Positions 39,024 through 50,405 of a stretch of DNA of 64,000 bases are shown here, in pieces. Each line of letters starts with the position of its first letter. Within the stretch, counting starts at the first letter, position 1. A program made the translations under genes and the position numbers. The stretch is taken from the NCBI GenBank assembly GCA_963701095.1, contig OY969564.1, forward strand, positions 1,888,001-1,952,000, given 5' to 3'. The stretch comes from an uncultured Methanoregulaceae archaeon. GTDB lineage: Archaea; Halobacteriota; Methanomicrobia; Methanomicrobiales; Methanospirillaceae. The notes beneath the pieces are model-generated. The model was not told the origin of the DNA, did no database searches, and saw nothing but the letters and a program-made list of their open reading frames with translations.

Positions 39024-40361
39024 ATGGATATTGAAATTATAGCAGTGGGCGGTTACGATGAGGTCGGGCGAAATATGACCGCTGTCCGCTGCGGAAAAGA
39101 AATCGTCATTTTTGACATGGGGCTTCGCTTGGATCAGGTTATGATCCACGAGGATGCGGAGCTTGAGAATATGCACTCCCTTGATTTGATCAAGATCGGT
39201 GCGATTCCTGATGATACAATGATGAACTCGGTCGAGGGAACGGTAAAGGCGATTGTCTGCTCCCACGGCCATCTCGACCATATCGGGGCAATTCCTAAGC
39301 TCGCACACCGGTACAACGCGCCAATCATAGCGTCACCGTATGCGACGGAGCTGATAAGGCAGCAGATATCCGGCGAACAAAAGTTCGGTGTCAATAACAA
39401 GCTCTTCGCGCTCCGGTCCGGTCAGAGATACACAATCTCGCAGCATCTTGTGCTCGAATTTGTACGTGCCCAGCACTCCATTATCGATACAGTGACCCCG
39501 GTACTTCACACACCGCATGGTGCAATTGTCTACGCCTGTGATTTCAAGACTCGACAGGACACCTGTGATTGGAGAACCCCCGGACTTTGCCAGGTTACGC
39601 CAGATAGGAAAGGAGGGCGTGCTCGCCCTCATTGTGGAGAGCACGTATATTGACAGGCCGGGCCGGTGCCCCAGCGAGCGGATTGCCCGGGATCTCGTGC
39701 GGGATACTATCACAAGTTATGAGGATGATAAAAGCTCTATTATCGTTTCGACATTCTCTTCCCATATTGCCCGTGTCAAGACGATTGCAGAGTGTGCGCA
39801 TGAAATTGGAAGAAAACCGGTATCCTTGGCCGCTCGATGGAGAAATACTCTGTTACAGCTGAGCAGATGAAGATGGTTTCTTTCCCTCAGGATACCAGTG
39901 TCTTTGGGAACAGACGGACAGTTGACCGGACCCTGCGGCGTATGGCGAAAGCAGGAAAAGAGAAGTTTCTCCCTATCATTACCGGTCACCAAGGTGAACC
40001 GGGGTCTATTCTGACGCGGATTGCCTTACGGGATACCCCGTATGAGATCTCAAAAGGGGATAAGATCCTGTTCTCGGCTAATGTTATCCCGAACCCAATG
40101 AACTTTGGGCAGCGGTATATGGTAGAAGCGCACCTGAAAATGGCAGGGGCACGGCTCTTTACTGACCTTCACGTGAGTGGACATGCTTACCGTGAGGATC
40201 ACTATGAATTTATTAGTATCCTGAATCCGCAACACATAATACCGGCACACGGTAATATCAGAATGACTTCGACATATGCTGAGTTCACCGGTGATCTTGG
40301 GTACATAATGGGCAATGACGTTCATGTGATGCGTAACGGACAACGGCTCAAATTAAACTAG
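39024..40361 (+). CDS. rnj: RNase J-type beta-CASP ribonuclease; two frameshifts (~39549, ~39822)
   Basis: GGYDEVGRNM, SHGHLDHIG, HSI, HVSGHA, IPAHG spread over three consecutive ORFs. Confidence 0.9.
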
Positions 40362-40371
40362 AAGGGAAACC

Positions 40372-41336
40372 ATGTCTGAACTATCACCATACCTGAAATT
40401 GGTTGCACAACAGATCGATGGCATGATCGACAGGCATTTTGCCCATGCCCCGGGAGAACTCTACAAGGCATCCAGCCACCTGCTTAGTGCCGGCGGCAAA
40501 CGGCTTCGCCCTGCAGTAGTCCTTCTTTCTGCTGACGCTGTCAGATATGGCAGTTCCAAAGAAATCACGCCGGCTGCACTTGCCCTTGAGATCACACACA
40601 CGTTCACTCTCATCCACGACGACATTATGGACGGGGACTCTCTGCGACGGGGGGTCCCGACGGTCCATTCAAAATGGGATATGCCAACCGGGATTCTTGC
40701 CGGTGATGTCTTATATGCCAAAGCGTTTGAGTTCATCTGCCAGGTAAAAGCCGGTGATGGCGCGAAGGTCAGTGCAGTGGCTCTGCTTGCCCGTGCATGC
40801 GCTGATATCTGCGAAGGTCAGCACATGGATATGTCATTTGAGCACCGGACTGATGTGACCGAAGAGGAATATATGGAAATGGTCGGGAAAAAGACGGGGT
40901 GCTCTATGCAGCCGCAGCGGCAATCGGCGGAACACTGGCAGGAGGGAACGAGTGCCAGGTTAGCTCACTCTACAAGTTCGGGCTCAATACCGGCATTGCG
41001 TTCCAGATACAGGACGATCTTATCGATCTCCTTACACCTTCTGAGGAAAGCGGGAAGGATCAGGGATCGGATCTCCGGGAAGGAAAACAGACTCTGATAA
41101 TGATCCTCGCACGGAAAAAAGGTGTTGATCTCCAGAAATACCGGCACGATCTTTCACCCTCTGACATCAAGTCCGCGATAAAGGAACTCACCGATGCGGG
41201 AGTCATTGACGCGGTGAAAGAGAAGGCTTTTTGTCTCGTCGAGGATAGTGACCGGCTGCTTGAAGTTCTGCCGGCTTCAAAGGAGCGCGAGCTCCTTATG
41301 GATATCGGGAAATTTTTTGTGACCCGGAGTTTCTAG
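40372..41336 (+). CDS. idsA: Geranylgeranyl diphosphate synthase (polyprenyl synthetase); frameshift in the G-run at 40896-40899
   Basis: GGKRLRP, LIHDDIMD, RRG, GQHMD, then FQIQDDLID in the next frame. Confidence 0.92.
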
Positions 41337-41337
41337 A

Positions 41338-43029
41338 ATGGGCGCGGACGATATCAGAGAAGTCCTGTTCCTGTGCGCACTCCAGAATGCCGTAAAGCAT
41401 GGGGGAGTACCGCAAAGCGGGGCTGTTATCGGGATGATAATGAGCTCGCGCCCTGACCTACGCGGCCGGGTTAAAGAAGTATCGGGGCTTGTAAAGGAAG
41501 CGATTGCTGATGTTGCCACTCTTTCTACGGAAGAGCGGATCACTAAACTTCAGGTACTTTCCCCCGAGATGTTCGCGGCACTTCATGAGAAACACGAGCA
41601 CCGAAAGACTCTTCCGGATCTTGATGGGGCAGAGCATGGTGTGGTTATGCGTTTTGCACCAAACCCGTCAGGTCCGCTCCACATAGGTCATGCGCGAGCA
41701 GCGGCACTCAATAACGCCTATGTAAAACAGTACGGCGGCAGGTATATTCTCAGAATTGAGGATACCGACCCAAAACGGGTTGATCCTGATGCCTACGAAA
41801 TGGTACAGGAAGATATCAGATGGCTTGGTATAGGGATCACTGAGACCGTCACCCAAAGTGAACGTCTTGCATTATACTACGATCTCTGCAAGGAGCTCAT
41901 TGCCTGTGGAGGTGCGTATGTCTGCACATGCGAGAATGATCGTTTCAAGACCCTTAAGGATGCTAAAAAAGCCTGCCCCTGCCGTGATCAGCCGGTGGAG
42001 ATAGCACTCTCTCTCTGGGAAAAGATGCTGGGTGGCGGATTTAATGAAGGTGAGGCGACGGTCAGGGTCAAGACTGACCTGTTGCACCCGGATCCGGCGA
42101 TGCGTGATTTCCCGATCTTCAGGATACTCGACAGACCAAAACACCCGAAAGTTGACGCACGTATTTATCCACTTATGAACTTCTCTGTGGTCGCTGACGA
42201 CCACCTTCTTGGCGTAACGCATGTGATCCGGGGCAAGGATCATATTGCCAACACACGGCGGCAACGTTATATTTACGACCATTTTGGCTGGAATGTTCCG
42301 GTTTACCGTCATTATGGACGGATGGGAATTGAAGGTGTAGTACTCTCTACTTCCCAAATGCGGCTCGGGATAAATGAGGGACAGTATACCGGATGGGACG
42401 ATATTCATCTCGGAACACTCCGTGCACTTGCCCGCAGGGGGATTCGCCCTGAAGCAGTGAAAAACGCAATGCTTGCAATCGGCATCGGTGAGACAGATAT
42501 CTCATTCTCCTGGGATAATCTCTACGCCGAAAATAAGAAGCTGGTTGATCCTGTGGCGAACCGCTATTTTTTTGTGCCGGATCCGGTAACTGCCGTTATT
42601 GAAAAAGCCCCCCATAGGATCGCTGAGGCGATGCTTCATCCCGGAGATGCGTCCAAAGGGACCCGTAAACTGTCGTTTGAAGGAATCGTAATGCTTCCGG
42701 GAAGCGAAATTGTTAAAGCAGCTGCTATGGTTCGCCTCAAGGATCTCTTCAATGTGAAGATCACTTGGAACGAGGATATACCTTCATTTGCATACGACGG
42801 TGATTCCCTTAACGAGGCCCGCACAGCAAAAGCACATATAATCCAGTGGCTACCAGTGCAACAGACCCTTCCTTGTACGCTTGTGACCATGGAAGGAGAG
42901 GTAAACGGTGTATGCGAACCTGATGTTGCAAAAGAAGAAGGAAATGTAGTGCAATTTGAGCGTATAGGTTTTGTCAGGATCGATGCAGTTTCCAAAAGTG
43001 GCATTCGGGCTTATTTCACTCATACTTAG
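41338..43029 (+). CDS. gltX: Glutamyl-tRNA synthetase
   Basis: RFAPNPSGPLHIGH, RIEDTDP, THVIRGKDH, VQFERIGF. Confidence 0.97.
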   Translation: MGADDIREVLFLCALQNAVKHGGVPQSGAVIGMIMSSRPDLRGRVKEVSGLVKEAIADVATLSTEERITKLQVLSPEMFAALHEKHEHRKTLPDLDGAEHGVVMRFAPNPSGPLHIGHARAAALNNAYVKQYGGRYILRIEDTDPKRVDPDAYEMVQEDIRWLGIGITETVTQSERLALYYDLCKELIACGGAYVCTCENDRFKTLKDAKKACPCRDQPVEIALSLWEKMLGGGFNEGEATVRVKTDLLHPDPAMRDFPIFRILDRPKHPKVDARIYPLMNFSVVADDHLLGVTHVIRGKDHIANTRRQRYIYDHFGWNVPVYRHYGRMGIEGVVLSTSQMRLGINEGQYTGWDDIHLGTLRALARRGIRPEAVKNAMLAIGIGETDISFSWDNLYAENKKLVDPVANRYFFVPDPVTAVIEKAPHRIAEAMLHPGDASKGTRKLSFEGIVMLPGSEIVKAAAMVRLKDLFNVKITWNEDIPSFAYDGDSLNEARTAKAHIIQWLPVQQTLPCTLVTMEGEVNGVCEPDVAKEEGNVVQFERIGFVRIDAVSKSGIRAYFTHT

Positions 43030-43141
43030 GATCTTTGTTGTTTATCGGGGGAAATTTCAAATATCCTCACAAAGATTTGTTTATCATTACACTGGAACCG
43101 GCGCCCATACTATTTTATAACAAAATACCGGATATTCTTGT

Positions 43142-43339
43142 GTGGACGATTCATCTGGATATTACCCTTATACTGCAGAATTTCCCAGTGTAGCTGAAAT
43201 TGAGAAATGGGTAGCGGGGCATCCGAATGCCACCCAGCTTGCAGAAATAATAGCCAGATCCTACGATTATGTCCGTCAATTACCTTTTAAGGGCATGGAA
43301 GAGCACTATTTGGATAATAGCGATTTTTCATTATCTTGA
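43142..43339 (+). CDS. Small hypothetical protein or gene remnant
   Basis: 65-aa GTG-started ORF in an intergenic gap; no recognisable motif. Confidence 0.3.
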   Translation: MDDSSGYYPYTAEFPSVAEIEKWVAGHPNATQLAEIIARSYDYVRQLPFKGMEEHYLDNSDFSLS

Positions 43340-43438
43340 TAACGAACAAACCTGCTTTCCTTTTTTCAGTCACTCCAGTTTAGAACATAGATGATATACG
43401 ATTATCCGGCACATCGTTATGCTGCGGAAGTGATCCAG

Positions 43439-44677
43439 ATGAAAGGCCAGTCCTTGAAAAAATCCCTTGCATTTCACCAGTATCTTTCCGAATATAAAGG
43501 TCCATCGGGAAAATCGATACGTAGGGAAGAGACTTCCGGATCTGAGGGCTTGATTAGGTATACAGGAGAATTCTGGACATCCCGCCAGCGCCAGGCGTCA
43601 TCCCTTCATGAAATCTCCTATCGCGCCTGTTTCAAACCCCAGCTGCCACGGTTTTTTATCAATCTGCTTACGCATGAAGGTAATATCGTATACGACCCAT
43701 TTGGCGGAAGGGGGACTACTGCGATTGAAGCCGGCCTTCTTGGCCGGCGGGTAATTGTAAACGATGCAAACCCATTATCCCGTGTCCTTACGGAACCGCG
43801 GTTTTTTCCACCTTTTGTAGAGGATGTGGTGTTGCGGCTTGCTACCATACCCCGTGACGGGGACAGAGCAGAGTGCGATCTTTCCATGTTCTATCACCCG
43901 GATACCGAGAGGGAGATTGTCGCATTGCGTCGTTATCTTCTCGAAAAAAAGGAAGATGGCGCTGATGATGCCATTGATCGCTGGATTGCCATGGTTGCAA
44001 CAAATCGCCTCACAGGACATTCGAGTGGTTTTTTCTCCGTATATACGCTCCCCCCAAATCAGGCTGTATCGCAGAAAAGCCAGGAACGTATCAACCGGAA
44101 CAGATGCCAGGTACCAGAATACCGGGATACTCACCGGCTTATTGTACGCAAAACGAAAAGCCTCATCTCCGGATTAACATCTGCTGATATCACAAATCTC
44201 CATTCTGCTGGTGCTGACGCCCGTTTTTTTACGGAAGATGCCCGAACAACACCGGGCATTGTCTCTGGGACAGTACAGCTTACGGTCACGTCACCACCTT
44301 TTCTAGATGTCGTTCAATACCAAGAGGATAACTGGCTCCGTTGCTGGTTCTGTGGCCTTGATGAAGACGCAATAGGCAACACAATTACAATGGCGAGAAC
44401 AATTAAAGATTGGGAGGTCGTTATGGCGGCAGTCTTCAGGGAGCTTTTCCGGATTACTACTCCTGGAGGATTTGTTGCTTTTGAGGTGGGTGAAGTGAGA
44501 AAAAAGACAGTGCGTCTTGAAGAGCAGGTGATACCGCTAGGCATCGACGCTGGTTTCACCTGTGACGGGATTATTATCAATCAACAATCCTTTTCGAAAA
44601 CATCCAATATCTGGGGCATCGACAACAACAAGTCCGGCACCAATACGAATCGGATTACAGTTTTTTTAAAACAGTAA
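43439..44677 (+). CDS. Orphan N4-cytosine/N6-adenine DNA methyltransferase
   Basis: VYDPFGGRGTT (SAM-binding motif I) precedes VTSPPF (catalytic motif IV). Confidence 0.82.
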   Translation: MKGQSLKKSLAFHQYLSEYKGPSGKSIRREETSGSEGLIRYTGEFWTSRQRQASSLHEISYRACFKPQLPRFFINLLTHEGNIVYDPFGGRGTTAIEAGLLGRRVIVNDANPLSRVLTEPRFFPPFVEDVVLRLATIPRDGDRAECDLSMFYHPDTEREIVALRRYLLEKKEDGADDAIDRWIAMVATNRLTGHSSGFFSVYTLPPNQAVSQKSQERINRNRCQVPEYRDTHRLIVRKTKSLISGLTSADITNLHSAGADARFFTEDARTTPGIVSGTVQLTVTSPPFLDVVQYQEDNWLRCWFCGLDEDAIGNTITMARTIKDWEVVMAAVFRELFRITTPGGFVAFEVGEVRKKTVRLEEQVIPLGIDAGFTCDGIIINQQSFSKTSNIWGIDNNKSGTNTNRITVFLKQ

Positions 44678-44805
44678 ATCCCCTCATCTCAAATGGTGAG
44701 GAACAGTCCCTTTTTCATTCACTGTGTCGCTCTGATCTTTGAGTTACCGTCTCATATTTTGAGAAAAAAGCCAGTGTTAAGTATCCAAAGTACCAAACTG
44801 TATCC

Positions 44806-46464
44806 ATGGTCACCCGTATCCGGCGGTATGCACAGATCATCGATATCCTGTGGAAGCACGGTTTTGGCATTGCATTGGAGAAAGCCTTCCCTGGCAAAAC
44901 CCGTTTCCGCCTCCCAGGTACTGATGAACAGGTGTCGGATCAATCCACGGTTTATGAAAGGGTGCGTGTGGCTCTCGAGGAACTTGGACCCACGTTTGTG
45001 AAATTCGGGCAGATAATGAGCACGAGGACGGAGATTTTCCCACCGGAGTTATTAACCAGCTGAAAAAGTCTCCAGGATCATGCAAAACCTCTGCCGTTTT
45101 CTGAAGTTATCGATGTAATCAGGGAGACCTGCCCGAATCTGGAAGACTGGTTCTGCGAGATTGATGAGACTCCGGTAGCCTCCGCCTCGATAGGTCAGGT
45201 TCATCGTGCTGTCCTTAAAGATGGAACTATTGTTGCAATCAAGATTCAACGCCCCGGAATCCCGGAACTCATAGAAACTGACCTCGCCATACTCCAGTCC
45301 ATGGCTGAACGCATCGAGGCGGTCTTCCCGGAAAGCAGGATGTACAATCCAACTGGTCTCGTAACGGACTTCGCCACTCAGATAAGAAAAGAACTAGATT
45401 TCACCCGCGACGGCCGGAATGCGGAACGCATGGCACGCAATTTCCGGGACGTACCGGGGGTCCATTTTCCAAAAATTTACTGGGAAAACTCCTCATCGCG
45501 ACTGCTGGTAATGGAATTTGTCAAAGGTGTTCGGGTAGATAACGTTGAAGCGATTACTGCACAGGGATCTGACCCCCACGACATTGCTGTCCGGGGATTC
45601 AATGCATACCTGAAAATGATTTTTGAGGATGGATTTTTCCATGGAGACCCTCATCCCGGCAACCTTCTTGTTTCTGAGATGGGGGATCTTGTCTTCCTCG
45701 ATTTTGGTATTGTCGGGGTATTGAGACCGGAGAAGAAGCAGCTTTTTATCAACCTACTTTTTGCCATGACCACCGATGACGTCGACATGATTATCAAGGC
45801 GCTCGAAGGTTTTGGAATAATCGTTGCCGAGGAAAAACGCGAGGAGCTCCGGGACGATCTCTACATCATGCTACACGATTTAGGCGGAGGGGATGAGATT
45901 GTTCAGTTCAATTTCGGGCTCATGATTAATGAGCTCACAGAGGTGATGCGGCGGTATAATCTTAAAGTGCCGATGAACCTGATGCTCCTTTTAAAGACAC
46001 TTGTCATGGTCTTCGATGTTGCTGTTCGGCTTGATCCCAAATTCAGCTTCGGCGGGGAGGTCGCTCCTTATCTGCGCAAGCTCGCCGACTCAAACGTGCT
46101 TTCTGCCGGCTATATGAAGCGGGCGTCCAATTCGCTCCTTGAGGCCGTCGATGCTGCATTTGATCTTCCCCGTAACGTAAACCTTATGCTCAAGCGCCTT
46201 TCAACAGGGACCATCCGGCTCGAGGTTGTAGATACTGACTTAAAGAAACTTCAGATGGCACTTGACCGGGCAAGCGATAAGATTATGATCGGTCTTGTCG
46301 TTGCCGCACTCGTGGTCGGTTCATCGCTTGTGCTTCAGGCCTCACCGGTCGCGATGCCAAAAGAGGTCATGTGGGTTGCCATACTTGGTTATACTGCCGC
46401 CGTTCTCTGCGGGTTCTATGCCATATATCATGTCATCTTCCTGAAACTGCGGCTCGAACGGTGA
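44806..46464 (+). CDS. ABC1/UbiB-family atypical kinase with two C-terminal TM helices; interrupted by in-frame TGA at 45061-45063
   Basis: [45 protein letters not shown]; both ORF pieces are in the same frame. Confidence 0.88.
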
Positions 46465-46481
46465 ACATAGATTTTTTCCTG

Positions 46482-46979
46482 TTAGAGATCCCCGGTAATA
46501 CACGCCCAGGATTTCGTTTTTTGTGCTAATGTCATACGTGCATTCGCCGAACTAGTTGAAGGCAGAATGATATATGGCAATCCAGGGTTCATTTTTTTAT
46601 AGTAACGGCCTGAGGTATTACCATTGAGTGCAATATACCGGATTGTCGGATGATCCAAAACAAATCCCAGGATATCATTAGCGACAGGATCCCGGATTCC
46701 GGTATCCGCGCTGCCGTTACGGCTGCATGAAAAAAGGACATCCCAGAGTGCGATCCGTTGTTTTGTGAGGTGAGCGGTGCGGGAAATATATGGCAGCGTG
46801 TGGTCAATCCCAAACAGTATTTCCATAATTTTCCAGAACTGGTTCTGCGGGTTGCCGTAATATTCGTTTCTTGCAAGCGACTGGACGCTCGGGTAACTCC
46901 CTAGAATGAGAAGAACGGGATCCCTGCCATTAACAGGGAAAAGGCCATAATCTGCATGACTGGGTTCAATAGAAATCAT
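46482..46979 (-). CDS. DNA-deoxyinosine (hypoxanthine) glycosylase, UDG superfamily
   Basis: LILGSYPSVQSL..YYGNPQNQFW, ALWDV, LNG, LPSTSSAN. Confidence 0.85.
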   Translation of the reverse strand: MISIEPSHADYGLFPVNGRDPVLLILGSYPSVQSLARNEYYGNPQNQFWKIMEILFGIDHTLPYISRTAHLTKQRIALWDVLFSCSRNGSADTGIRDPVANDILGFVLDHPTIRYIALNGNTSGRYYKKMNPGLPYIILPSTSSANARMTLAQKTKSWACITGDL

Positions 46980-47012
46980 AGGGTAAAACCACAAAAAGGA
47001 TTTTGTGTTCTT

Positions 47013-47294
47013 TTATTGTTTTTTGTAAAAGAGCAGGCAATGGCAATGCCCCTCTTTTGCGATTTCGTCTTTATGGTAAATGCAGGGGCATTCAATGGCG
47101 CGATCGCGTTCCTCGTCTCCGCTTCTTAGCCGGCAGGGACAGTATGGTCTTCCGAACTTCTTTTTATTCCGTGCTAGTCCACGAACTACGGTTTTTAAGT
47201 GTTCTTCGTCAGGATTAAGTACCCATCCGTTCTTTCGGGCTATTCCATGAGCCCATTTGAGCATATCAGCTTCATTTTCGGGATCTTCTGCCAT
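47013..47294 (-). CDS. Ferredoxin:thioredoxin reductase catalytic-subunit family protein
   Basis: YCPCR, ECPC, HCHCLLF motifs. Confidence 0.9.
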   Translation of the reverse strand: MAEDPENEADMLKWAHGIARKNGWVLNPDEEHLKTVVRGLARNKKKFGRPYCPCRLRSGDEERDRAIECPCIYHKDEIAKEGHCHCLLFYKKQ

Positions 47295-47358
47295 AGTAGC
47301 CCACCTCATCTTGGTGCCATGAGTATTCTTTTAGATTATCTTATATGTTATGAAATTT

Positions 47359-48135
47359 TTATTTTCCCTTTTTCACAATCAAAATTTTTTTCGTCAGTGC
47401 CGCGATCTTTTTTGAGGTCGCAGACTTAGGGTTGTTTATGATCCGTGCTGCAACCTGGTTATAGGTTACCATAACGTCGCCTTTGTTAAAACGATACACA
47501 TCTTTATCAAGAGATTCGCCACTCTTTTTATCCCAGAGTCGCATCGAGTCCATACTGATCTCATCGCCAAGATAGATTGTTTTTCCCTGCCGTCCGAACT
47601 CTATCTTGAAATCCACGAGGGTGATTCCCTGTTTTGCAAGCAGTTTGGAAAGAAGTACATTGACTTTAAGCGCGATCACTTTTATTTTTTTGAGCTCTGC
47701 TGGTGTTACAAGTCTGAGCGCTGCTATAAGATCGTCGTTGAGCATAGGATCATGCCGGGAATCGTCCTTGTAATCGATAACAATCACCGGGGGTTTTAAG
47801 GGACTTCCCTCCTTAAATGGATAGTTTTTGACAATTGAACCTGCTGCGAAGTTTCTGACGATCACTTCAAGGGGGATCATTGAGAGCTCTCGAACAAGCA
47901 TCCTGTGGTCATCGAGCATCTCGAGAAAATGCGTTTTTACGCCGTTTTTTTCCAGGTGGGAAAAGAAGAATGCAGAGACGCTGGCGTTATACGAACCCTT
48001 GTTTTTGAGTGTATCTTTTTTACCCCCATCAAACGCGGTGATATCGTCACGGAATTCAACGATCAGTTTTCCTTTTACATCAGTGCGAAAGACCGATTTA
48101 GCCTTGCCAGTATAGAGGAGGTTTTTCTGCTTCAT
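47359..48135 (-). CDS. purC: SAICAR synthetase
   Basis: LYTGKAK, FRDDITAFDG, IPLEVIVRN, LVDFKIEFG, LDKDVYR. Confidence 0.95.
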   Translation of the reverse strand: MKQKNLLYTGKAKSVFRTDVKGKLIVEFRDDITAFDGGKKDTLKNKGSYNASVSAFFFSHLEKNGVKTHFLEMLDDHRMLVRELSMIPLEVIVRNFAAGSIVKNYPFKEGSPLKPPVIVIDYKDDSRHDPMLNDDLIAALRLVTPAELKKIKVIALKVNVLLSKLLAKQGITLVDFKIEFGRQGKTIYLGDEISMDSMRLWDKKSGESLDKDVYRFNKGDVMVTYNQVAARIINNPKSATSKKIAALTKKILIVKKGK

Positions 48136-49121
48136 GGTTGCCTGCTCTTCGTTCTAATATCTTGATCGAGCCGGTTTATTAGGGGTTGCAAGCCGGGGTC
48201 GTACCAGCCCTTGCGGATAAAGCGGGGATATATGCAAAGGCGTTCCCGGAGAGTTGCATCCCCCACCATTTTTTTAAGATCCTCCAACGCAGGCCACGGG
48301 TGTTCAGGGTTCACGTAATCGATAGTGACCGGCGATATACCGCCCAGATCATCAACCCCGCACGCGATAAGCCGGGACGCATCGATCAGGTTAGGTGCAA
48401 CCTGAATGGCTATCTCCTTTGGGAGAATCCGGCGTGCCATTTTTATTGTATCGCAAATCTCCTTTGTGCCTGGAACCCGGAACGCTGCCATAGGAGTGTT
48501 ATTCTTGGGGCAGAAATTCTGGAGTATTATCTCCTGGACGTGCCCGTATCTCCGGTGGACATCAGCTATCGCCTCAAGTGAGGCTTCTCGATCAGCAACC
48601 GTTTCACCAATCCCGAGAAGCAGACCTGTGGTAAACGGAATTTTGAGTTTTCCTGCATCCTCTAACATCGCAAGACGAATTTTTGGATCTTTTCCTTTGG
48701 ATCCGTGATGCGCCGGTATCGATGCTATGGTCTCGAGCATAAGCCCCATACTTGCATTCACCGTCCTAAGGTGCTTTAATTCATTGTACGAAAGGATACC
48801 GGCATTTGTATGTGGGAGGATCCCATGTTTGATGCTCACACAGCACATTGCTTCACAATAATCGAGAATTGTTTCATAACCTGTTTTCTCAAGATACGAA
48901 TCAAAGCCGGGTTCTTCCTCCGGGTGTTCGCCGAAGGTAAAAAGGGCTTCTGTGCAGCCGGTCTCTTTCCCTAGCACAAGCACTGCCTCGACTTCCTCCG
49001 GTGTCATGATGCATCCCTCATCCACGGGGGTACGAAATGAACAATAGCCGCACCGGTTGCGGCATACGCTGGTGAGGGGCAGAAAAACATTTTTAGTGAA
49101 GGTGATTTCCCGTGGATGCAT
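48132..49121 (-). CDS. cofG: FO synthase subunit CofG
   Basis: ITFTKNVFLPLT.VCRNRCGYC, LPHTNAG, NASMGLMLE, DDLGGISPVTIDYVNPE. Confidence 0.93.
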   Translation of the reverse strand: MHPREITFTKNVFLPLTSVCRNRCGYCSFRTPVDEGCIMTPEEVEAVLVLGKETGCTEALFTFGEHPEEEPGFDSYLEKTGYETILDYCEAMCCVSIKHGILPHTNAGILSYNELKHLRTVNASMGLMLETIASIPAHHGSKGKDPKIRLAMLEDAGKLKIPFTTGLLLGIGETVADREASLEAIADVHRRYGHVQEIILQNFCPKNNTPMAAFRVPGTKEICDTIKMARRILPKEIAIQVAPNLIDASRLIACGVDDLGGISPVTIDYVNPEHPWPALEDLKKMVGDATLRERLCIYPRFIRKGWYDPGLQPLINRLDQDIRTKSRQP

Positions 49122-49266
49122 ACAATACGATTCTTTTTTGTACATGTAAAAATTAGTGGACAGACGATTTATGTGCGCGAATACAGAATCACAGTATGGC
49201 ATTTATATGATCCCTGCGAGATAGATGTTCATAATAAAAAGAGTAATTATTCCGTGATTTATTGTG

Positions 49267-50290
49267 ATGCCCATTATTCTCATCGATGAAAAGACCGACC
49301 GCAGTGCCGCCCTTGGCAAGTATCTTACAAGCACCGGTTCTTATCGTGTGATAGCATCCTCTTCTCCTGAGGTTACAATCAGCCACGCTCTCACTGAAAA
49401 ACCAGGTGTTTTGATTGTCGTTCAAGATGAGGGACAAAATGGCATCATTTTCTTAAAAAATCTGCGGGACCAAAAAATCGATCTCCCGGTAATCATCCTT
49501 GCATGTGCCTATGATACGGATGCTTTCTGTTTCTCTGTCGCAAACGGTGCCGAATATATGATCATGGATGGGGATGTAGACAAATGGCATCCCCTGCTTA
49601 AACAATTGATTGAAAAAATATCTGCAAATCGCCAGATACAGGACAAATTAGCATTTCTGAACAAAAAATTAAACCTTGTCGGGAGCATAACCCGCCATGA
49701 TATACTCAACCAATTGACTGCGGTAAGTGGCTATACAGAGCTGCTGGAGATGACAACCGAAGATCCACAAATGCGATTATACATAGAAAAGGAACGATTT
49801 GCTATTGATAAAATACGAAAACTTCTCCAGTTCTCAAAAGACTACCAGAATATGGGATCGGAGCCACCCGTCTGGCAGACAATCTCATCCATAATCCGAC
49901 GTGCTGAGGATCTCATATCTTTAAAGGGAGTCACGATAAAAAATGCGAGTGGGACCGCTTCTGTATTCGCCGATCTATCTGTAGAAAAAGCTGCAGCTCA
50001 ACTTTTGGACAATTCAGTTCGGCATGGTCAAACGGTCTCTTCGATCAATATCTCGATACAAGAAGAAAAAGTGGGTTCTGTCCTCGTTATTGAGGATAAT
50101 GGTGTGGGCATTCCTGATCCCGATAAGGAGCGGATTTTCGAGCGTGGATTCGGCAAAAATACCGGATGGGGCCTTTTTCTTGCCCGGGAGATTCTTGCGA
50201 TTACTGATATGACCATTACTGAAACCGGGGTTCCGGGTAACGGAGACTCGTTTCGAGATTCATATCCCTGGAGATGTGTACAAGAATTAA
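49267..50290 (+). CDS. Hybrid histidine kinase with degenerate N-terminal receiver; frameshift at ~50244
   Basis: H-box ITRHDILNQL, N-box LDNSVRHG, EDNGVGI, IFERGFG.NTGWGLFL. Removing one base restores the RFEIHIP...YKN* end. Confidence 0.85.
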
Positions 50291-50405
50291 GATGCAGGCA
50301 AATGCCCGGGAACCAGATCAGCTCATTTTTTGGTAATCCATGCTTCAGCACATGGGGAATGATATCAGCATCTTTTTTTGATAATCCTGCATATGAGGGT
50401 ATCAC

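Noticed and set aside
45048..45068. In-frame TGA in the ABC1 kinase as selenocysteine or stop readthrough
   Set aside because: The position is not a Cys site. A shifted frame reads (L)INQLK, matching the expected PPELIxxLKxLQD, so two compensating indels explain it better.
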